Of a DNA stretch of 64,000 bases, positions 62,301-64,000 are shown in pieces; the stretch's first letter is position 1, and each line of letters begins with the position of its first letter. The position numbers and the translations under genes are program-made. This stretch comes from Octopus vulgaris (taxonomy: Eukaryota), in contig OX597814.1 of the NCBI GenBank assembly GCA_951406725.2, forward strand, positions 20,646,001 to 20,710,000, read 5' to 3'. Under the pieces are notes generated by a model. It did no database searches. It was not told the DNA's origin and was given only the letters and a program-made list of their open reading frames with translations.

Positions 62301-62821
62301 TCAGAAGTTGTAAAAGCTAATCAGAAGAGGTTAAACCTCTTGAAGGAGATGACATAGGACTGCAAGGTGATGCTGTGCTGAAGACCTATTTAAACTCAGA
62401 CAAGAATGGAAAAATGGATGCAAAATGATACTGATAATGAACTTAGGAGTGTGTACACTAGATTTTTCAATGAACCTGCTACTAAACTTTACTTTGCTTA
62501 GAGTGTCTTCATTGAATATTTAAATTCTTAGAAGCCAGTCATCTATCTTTGTCTTTATTATCATCAGTCACAAAAACATCAAGTCTAAACTAAGATATTT
62601 GAGGAGAGCATAAAATGTGATCAGAAATAGTTTGGTGAATGTTGCAGATGTATACAATCTTTTATTATGACACTTGACAGGTAAGAAATATTAAGGTTTC
62701 AACATCTATGCTTTTATAAACATATTTCTTACAAAAACATTGCAAGCAAGTAATAATAAAAACAAAAGTAATAAGGAAACAAACTTACATGTTGGCATTC
62801 CTTGCTAAGTTCTTCCCCAAC
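3194..62821 (-). CDS. GLG1: Golgi apparatus protein 1 (GLG1/ESL-1/CFR), partial: 21 internal coding exons, 912 aa; start and stop outside the window
   Basis: Exons join in phase with GT-AG ends into repeated Cys-rich GLG1 motifs (DYRL..FV..C..DI..C, DDYHLDRPLFYACRLDRERFC, DFRIDRALQKAC, DYRLNPQLQQAC). Order and motifs match my knowledge of vertebrate GLG1; no database search run. Confidence 0.95.
3466..3692 (-). mobile_element. SINE family A
   Basis: Reverse complement of the 1347-1564 type. Confidence 0.85.
3725..4122 (+). mobile_element. SINE family B, full length (tRNA-like head, CORE-like cttggacaagt, internal TA/TG microsatellite, tail actgaaacaagtaaa)
   Basis: A-box TGGCTGTGTGG, B-box GGTTCATTCCC; related copies at 12205-12582, 17755-17900, 48870-49010(-), 52535-52680(-), 55800-55910(-), 58610-58755(-), 63835-63970. 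Confidence 0.85.
6071..7005 (-). mobile_element. RTE-clade LINE, decayed 3' part
   Basis: ORF 6374..6613 has GTCGTGRPRKTW; (CAT)n tail at 6071; remnant of the Cys-rich domain near 6915-7005. Confidence 0.88.
7183..7284 (-). CDS. GLG1: GLG1 exon, 102 nt (MLSKNCEYEIQGVIKEAALDYQQDPILAKACHEE)
   Basis: tgtag / GTAAGT, phase 0-0. Confidence 0.94.
7957..8419. mobile_element. SINE A (minus, 8078-8310) inserted into an older plus-strand SINE A
   Basis: 14-bp direct repeat ATAAATTAAGTACC at 8064-8077 and 8311-8324. Confidence 0.9.
8491..8866. repeat. Long fold-back palindrome
   Basis: agcgaaaggg... at 8491 pairs with ...ccctttcgct at 8866; arms mirror each other including (TA)n, centre ~8691-8710. 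Confidence 0.9.
9656..9798 (-). CDS. GLG1: GLG1 exon, 143 nt (YRLNPQLQQACKMDINKFC...DLEGKVINCLKKQFVHQ)
   Basis: ttcag / GTAAGT, phase 1-0. Confidence 0.95.
10326..10449 (-). CDS. GLG1: GLG1 exon, 124 nt (HYCSNYKSVEILYCLKQHKNDEDFDPNCRQIVIQRQKLQNT-D)
   Basis: tctag / GTAGGT, phase 0-1. Confidence 0.94.
10975..11225. repeat. Inverted repeat, ~100-bp arms, 38-bp loop
   Basis: 10975-11077 vs 11116-11225; inner attaatatttttagtttatttgtcaaagttc is a perfect reverse complement. Confidence 0.88.
11419..11484 (-). CDS. GLG1: GLG1 exon, 66 nt (KADSIDNSIDYTLKVVCKKMIK)
   Basis: caaag (AAG) acceptor after pyrimidine tract / GTAAGT, phase 0-0. Confidence 0.9.
11716..11787 (-). CDS. GLG1: GLG1 exon, 72 nt (IIECLKEHQPRLSDSCHKVIFKRE)
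   Basis: actag / GTTAGT, phase 0-0. Confidence 0.92.
12205..12582 (+). mobile_element. SINE family B, decayed
   Basis: cttgggcaagt core, (TG)n, ctgaaacaagtaaaagaataaaag tail. Confidence 0.75.
12746..12938 (+). mobile_element. RTE 3' tail inserted in a (TA)n microsatellite
   Basis: Canonical tail ending (GAT)n, with (TA)n on both sides. Confidence 0.88.
13964..14056 (-). CDS. GLG1: GLG1 exon, 93 nt (SESLNLDPELKKACELDRKKFCAHKSPGNAQ)
   Basis: tatag / GTAAAT, phase 0-0. Confidence 0.93.
14689..15665 (+). mobile_element. Decayed Tc1/mariner element
   Basis: TIR ttggttgtcag / ctgacaaccaa followed by TA; remnants TSDEKW (~15070) and LHPPYSLDIIPSDYHHF (~15375-15425). Confidence 0.75.
15831..15945 (-). 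CDS. GLG1: GLG1 exon, 115 nt (PDVIACLSEHVRNDTLLDEKHRIEKDCRHQLRVELLQR)
   Basis: tttag / GTAAGC, phase 2-0; NDT sequon. Confidence 0.94.
16010..16482 (-). mobile_element. Two RTE tails plus a short RT fragment
   Basis: (CAT)n tails at ~16012 and ~16222; 16380-16482 matches RTE RT sequence at 23020-23120. Confidence 0.7.
16534..16826. mobile_element. MITE-like element, ~55-bp imperfect TIRs
   Basis: aatgtgaatgcataat...gactgtcaaagtaggttgcagca vs tgctgtaacttactttgacagtc...attatgcattctcatt. Confidence 0.65.
17249..17294 (-). ncRNA. Candidate minimal type I hammerhead ribozyme, second copy (sense to GLG1 pre-mRNA)
   Basis: Exact reverse complement of 17482-17527. Confidence 0.65.
17482..17527 (+). 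ncRNA. Candidate minimal type I hammerhead ribozyme (Penelope-like)
   Basis: GACAC-CTGATGA-A-GGCTG-loop-CAGCT-GAAAC-GTT-GTGTT: helix I GACAC/GTGTT, helix II GGCTG/CAGCT, palindromic AACGTT in place of helix III. Confidence 0.65.
18407..18495 (-). CDS. GLG1: GLG1 exon, 89 nt (ILLKDYRFSFKFKESCKRSVAAHCKNKKT-K)
   Basis: tgtag / GTAAGT, phase 0-2. Confidence 0.94.
19365..19478 (-). CDS. GLG1: GLG1 exon, 114 nt (DQLDNDVDPSEVMDCLIEHKHHQDMNRKCGAGVEHHQL)
   Basis: caaag (AAG) acceptor required for frame / GTAAGT, phase 0-0. Confidence 0.92.
20639..20788 (-). CDS. GLG1: GLG1 exon, 150 nt (EVRCLQDNYEKLSDDC...RACTPMIKKFCE)
   Basis: tctag / GTAAGC, phase 0-0. Confidence 0.95.
21174..21258 (+). mobile_element. 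SINE family C, 5'-truncated
   Basis: Matches the 3' part of 51015-51312 (gaaaccgggaaactgggcccatgagcctg..ggctttaaaagggcgcat). Confidence 0.8.
21368..24395 (-). mobile_element. RTE-clade LINE, ~3 kb, frameshifted (end of APE, RT, Cys-rich finger, C-terminus, 3'UTR)
   Basis: Broken ORFs 23866-24120, 22950-23348 (NYRGIKLL, Q.GF.PGR, EKAFDRVP), 22689-22946 (GVHQ.S.LS, LLYAD), 22353-22595, 22015-22335; (CAT)n tail at 21368. Confidence 0.95.
23623..23850 (+). mobile_element. Younger RTE tail nested antisense in the RTE LINE
   Basis: GTACTGT at 23616-23622 and 23851-23857; (GAT)n tail. Confidence 0.85.
25229..25366 (-). CDS. GLG1: GLG1 exon, 138 nt (VSRACKHEIKRVMRQRAHSVNLMPSIQNACLQNLGQYCSFETDKGQ)
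   Basis: aacag / GTGAGA, phase 0-0. Confidence 0.94.
26493..26773. mobile_element. hAT-type MITE
   Basis: TIR CAGGGGCATAGCT / AGTTACGCCTCTG; 8-bp TSD CATATCAT / CATATCGT. Confidence 0.8.
26971..27124 (-). CDS. GLG1: GLG1 exon, 154 nt (LDEQVYSHCHKDAVSLCHA...LILPCLYNFIKRDSELQQ)
   Basis: tacag / GTAAGT, phase 2-0. Confidence 0.93.
27279..27977 (-). mobile_element. CR1-clade LINE 3' fragment
   Basis: ORF 27525..27965: AANKARGIL, LY..LVRPILEYG, LERVQKLATRMV.GL, GDLI; AT-rich tail at 27279-27319. Confidence 0.9.
28799..28900 (-). CDS. GLG1: GLG1 exon, 102 nt (IMSCLMEKLGTDKMTDECEERLIEIQYFISRDF-R)
   Basis: ttaag (AAG) acceptor / GTAAGA, phase 2-2. Confidence 0.93.
29171..29292 (-). CDS. GLG1: GLG1 exon, 122 nt (LTNLLHEADVGQDFRIDRALQKACQPVVDVACRSIQPGDA-R)
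   Basis: ttcag / GTTAGT, phase 0-2. Confidence 0.94.
29489..31929. mobile_element. hAT/Charlie-like MITE interrupted by a Helitron
   Basis: TIR CAATGGTTCT / AGAACCACTG; 8-bp TSD-like AATTATAC / ATTTCTAC (6/8). Confidence 0.7.
29614..31815 (-). mobile_element. Non-autonomous Helitron-like element, ~2.2 kb
   Basis: Minus strand starts A|TC (31815), ends CTAG|T (29614) with a short hairpin gtgatc-tattg-ggtcac next to it; no TSD; internal direct and inverted repeats. Confidence 0.65.
33627..33868 (-). CDS. GLG1: GLG1 exon, 242 nt (MPISSECTAE...GKTLHCLM...SQECETQ)
   Basis: aacag / GTAACA, phase 1-0; ORF 33615..33866. Confidence 0.94.
36121..36905 (-). mobile_element. RTE-clade LINE, decayed 3' part
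   Basis: (CAT)n tail; reverse strand encodes GRGRPRKTWDEL near 36535-36570. Confidence 0.8.
37301..37481 (-). CDS. GLG1: GLG1 exon, 181 nt (CRQKLVLRQQLIAEDIK...LCLENNMKK-G)
   Basis: tttag / GTTATT, phase 0-1. Confidence 0.92.
38454..39651 (-). mobile_element. Mariner transposon, near full length, pseudogenised transposase
   Basis: ~30-bp TIRs ttgggtcatcccataaataatgcagttttt / aaaaactgcattatttatggtacaccccaa+TA; motifs WVP, IVTG(Y)EKW, VWWD, DNA, HPP..DIAPSDYHLF. Confidence 0.92.
40734..40979 (-). CDS. GLG1: GLG1 exon, 246 nt (SPHLQGKTIECL...DDYHLDRPLFYAC...KHKFENDMSDK)
   Basis: ttcag / GTAAGT, phase 0-0; ORF 40725..40970. Confidence 0.95.
41957..42205 (+). mobile_element. tRNA-derived SINE related to family C
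   Basis: A-box tggcttagtgc, cttgagcaagacactt core, gactggcgtcctgtccagg motif; related head at 51686-51990. Confidence 0.75.
42731..43042. repeat. ~40-bp inverted repeats enclosing an RTE tail
   Basis: tacaaacattatctgatatagaactcaa vs ttgagttctatatcagataatgtttgta. Confidence 0.75.
43270..43644 (+). mobile_element. RTE 3'UTR and tail
   Basis: ~42-bp tandem subrepeats, canonical tail, (GAT)n. Confidence 0.8.
44955..45334. repeat. Perfect 112-bp direct repeat with 156-bp spacer
   Basis: 44955-45066 equals 45223-45334. Confidence 0.92.
46134..46269. repeat. Minisatellite, 8 identical copies of CAACAAGATGGCATCTC (17 bp)
   Basis: Read directly; explains 17-aa periodicity in overlapping ORFs. Confidence 0.97.
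47803..48175 (-). mobile_element. RTE 3' tail, same subfamily as 2400-2856
   Basis: (CAT)n tail; reverse complement of gtgaagacctgttgaggcaagtgaaaat...ccagaccccagttg. Confidence 0.9.
48176..48577 (+). mobile_element. CR1-like LINE 3' fragment
   Basis: ORF 48187..48480: L.LRR..ADL...HKI, TRGH.YK, FF..RVAEAWNKLP..VV. Confidence 0.88.
49693..50075 (-). repeat. RTE-tail-derived composite repeat
   Basis: Colinear with 512-890. Confidence 0.7.
50272..50675 (+). mobile_element. Mariner 5' fragment
   Basis: Colinear with 56464-56855 (TIR-like aaaagttcata, MDKIW.H start, TVQKWA). Confidence 0.85.
51015..51312 (+). mobile_element. SINE family C, full length, tRNA-derived
   Basis: A-box TGGCCCAGTGG, B-box-like GCTTCAATTCT, gatggactggcgtcccat motif, poly(A) tail. 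Confidence 0.85.
53288..53509 (-). CDS. GLG1: GLG1 exon, 222 nt (AVDCQNF...IIFSDYRLVSNFVDNCQRDIDKLKCGRVQLEEEDD)
   Basis: ttcag / GTATGT, phase 0-0; inside ORF 53273..53578. Confidence 0.95.
55179..55265 (-). CDS. GLG1: GLG1 exon, 87 nt (LLWTYKRNLTKDDRFESAGKEVCRKELEM)
   Basis: tttag / GTGAGT, phase 0-0. Confidence 0.93.
55319..55565. mobile_element. TTAA-flanked MITE (piggyBac-type)
   Basis: TTAA-tcctttagcatt ... aatgctaaagga-TTAA. Confidence 0.8.
56464..57674 (+). mobile_element. Mariner transposon, near full length, pseudogenised transposase
   Basis: TIR cores aaaagttcataagctgac / gtcagtttatgaacttt; HTH N-terminus TVQKWAAEFRRGRES, W.P, DECW.HH, YSPDLAPSNYHLF. Confidence 0.92.
58308..58416 (+). 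pseudogene. piggyBac transposase fragment
   Basis: Frameshifted GESIIVDEQ / LVTFRD.FSFR..VPS / YGIQIW resembles the piggyBac DEQ..F.GR..F....PSKP.KYGIK.W motif. Confidence 0.7.
60200..60962 (+). mobile_element. Decayed Penelope-like element (linker, GIY-YIG endonuclease, 3' end)
   Basis: From 60290: NPKTILIFPKPLSFRR...QDILV...GGFKCSQPRCDTCP; shifted frames YTCELCNVSYI, LYIGK (60590), EHLLDV, LINPIYLN. Confidence 0.75.
60874..61586. repeat. ~89-bp inverted repeat around a CA-rich degenerate microsatellite
   Basis: 60874-60962 vs 61498-61586, a few mismatches. Confidence 0.88.
62000..62440 (+). mobile_element. Old RTE 3' fragment
   Basis: tatgatgcttgtgtaaga (YDACVR), tgtggaagagtaagaccaaggaaa (CGR.RPRK), degenerate GAT tail. 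Confidence 0.65.
62789..62821 (-). CDS. GLG1: GLG1 exon, 33 nt (VGEELSKECQH)
   Basis: tttag acceptor, GTAAGT donor, phase 0-0; joins to LLWTYK as in GLG1 S..C.HLLW.YK. Confidence 0.85.
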
Positions 62822-64000
62822 CTAAAAGATAATATTTTTTTAGAAATCAAGCAATTATGAAAATTTCATAATAAATTTTAATGAAAACATAATTTTTAAA
62901 TATTTACTTCCTGAAAAGGAATAAATTAAATGCTTAATAACTAAAAATATTGGGAATAATATCATTTGTTTATATTGGGAAACAATATAAACAAATGAGA
63001 TTAGTCATTATAAGCAAAGATTCAAGACAGGTTTTTCTAATTGGGTGAAATTAATATCATGGCAATTAACAACTGAGACATTATAGCAACAATTAATGTA
63101 TAAAACACAGTCATATCTTCGCAAATTACAGACTGAGCATCTATTATCTCAATTAAGTATTTTTATGAGTTATACAAAGCTCCAAAGCCTTTTTATTGGC
63201 TGTAGCAAGTTAACAACCTTCAAACACATTTTGTCTGTGCACAAGCAATACTGACCAATATATTTTATTTTAGTATGGACTAGAAACTTTGCAATAATTG
63301 AATATCTATGCCTACAATATAAGGTTATTTTTTAAAAAATTCCAATCAGGTCTTCTTTATCATAGCTCAAAGGTAACCAAAATGGGTTTTCCAAATCTAT
63401 GTCCTTAGCATTTCATTCTGGTTGATTACAGATGAAATTCATTCTTCTGGTATGTACTCCATAATACTTATGCCAGATTTCTTTACCCAAAATCTTTCCC
63501 AGGTTTTGGAATTCTTATAGTTTACCTTCTTATTTTTGATCTGGTCTGAAGGAGTATTGTAATTAAACAGGTATAATGATTTCCATTTCTATATGTGTTC
63601 TAACCTTCACATAAGGAGCTTGACACAAGAATAAAAGCCTAGTGAGAGCAATACACACACACAATTTTAGGAGTACGCTGGAGGACACCTGTTACAAGAT
63701 TTGGACTCAGTAAACAGTTCTGTGTCACTCCTATACTCTACAAGGTTTGACAACAAATATCTTAATACTGGATAGCCTAGTGTATAGAGTTTGAGTTGCA
63801 TTATACATTAACAAAATTGCTAAAACATTAAAGTGCAAGTGTGGTTGTGTGGTTAAACTTGCTTCCCAACCATGTGGTTTCAGTCCCATTGTATGGCACC
63901 ATGGGCGAGTGTCTGCTACTATAGCCCTGAGCCAACCAAAGCCTTGTGAGGGAATTTGGTGCACTGAAACAAACATCACTTGTATGATAGTGATGCCCGT

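Noticed and set aside
63526-63540. Possible 15-nt phase-0 microexon (IKNKK) upstream of the 33-nt exon
   Set aside because: AG/GT ends fit but no homology support; such short matches arise by chance.

Overview
AT-rich, repeat-dense metazoan genomic DNA; the SINE/RTE repertoire looks like octopus (inference). The whole window lies inside one minus-strand gene, GLG1 (Golgi apparatus protein 1 / ESL-1 / cysteine-rich FGF receptor). I traced 21 GT-AG coding exons by hand (62821 down to 3194) that splice into one open frame of 2736 nt (912 aa) of Cys-rich GLG1 repeats; the first exon and the C-terminal/TM exons lie outside the window. Introns hold RTE and CR1 LINE fragments, at least three tRNA-derived SINE families, decayed mariners, hAT and TTAA MITEs, a Helitron nested in a MITE, a piggyBac fragment and a decayed Penelope-like element. 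The most interesting object is a ~430-bp insertion at 17191-17621: a tRNA-like Pol III head between two inverted arms that each carry a minimal Penelope-type hammerhead ribozyme motif, flanked by a 14-bp direct repeat. Also notable: an 8x17-bp perfect array of YY1-like sites, a perfect 112-bp duplication around a scrambled filler, and a head-to-head RTE/CR1 junction. All coordinates were read by eye; no searches were run.
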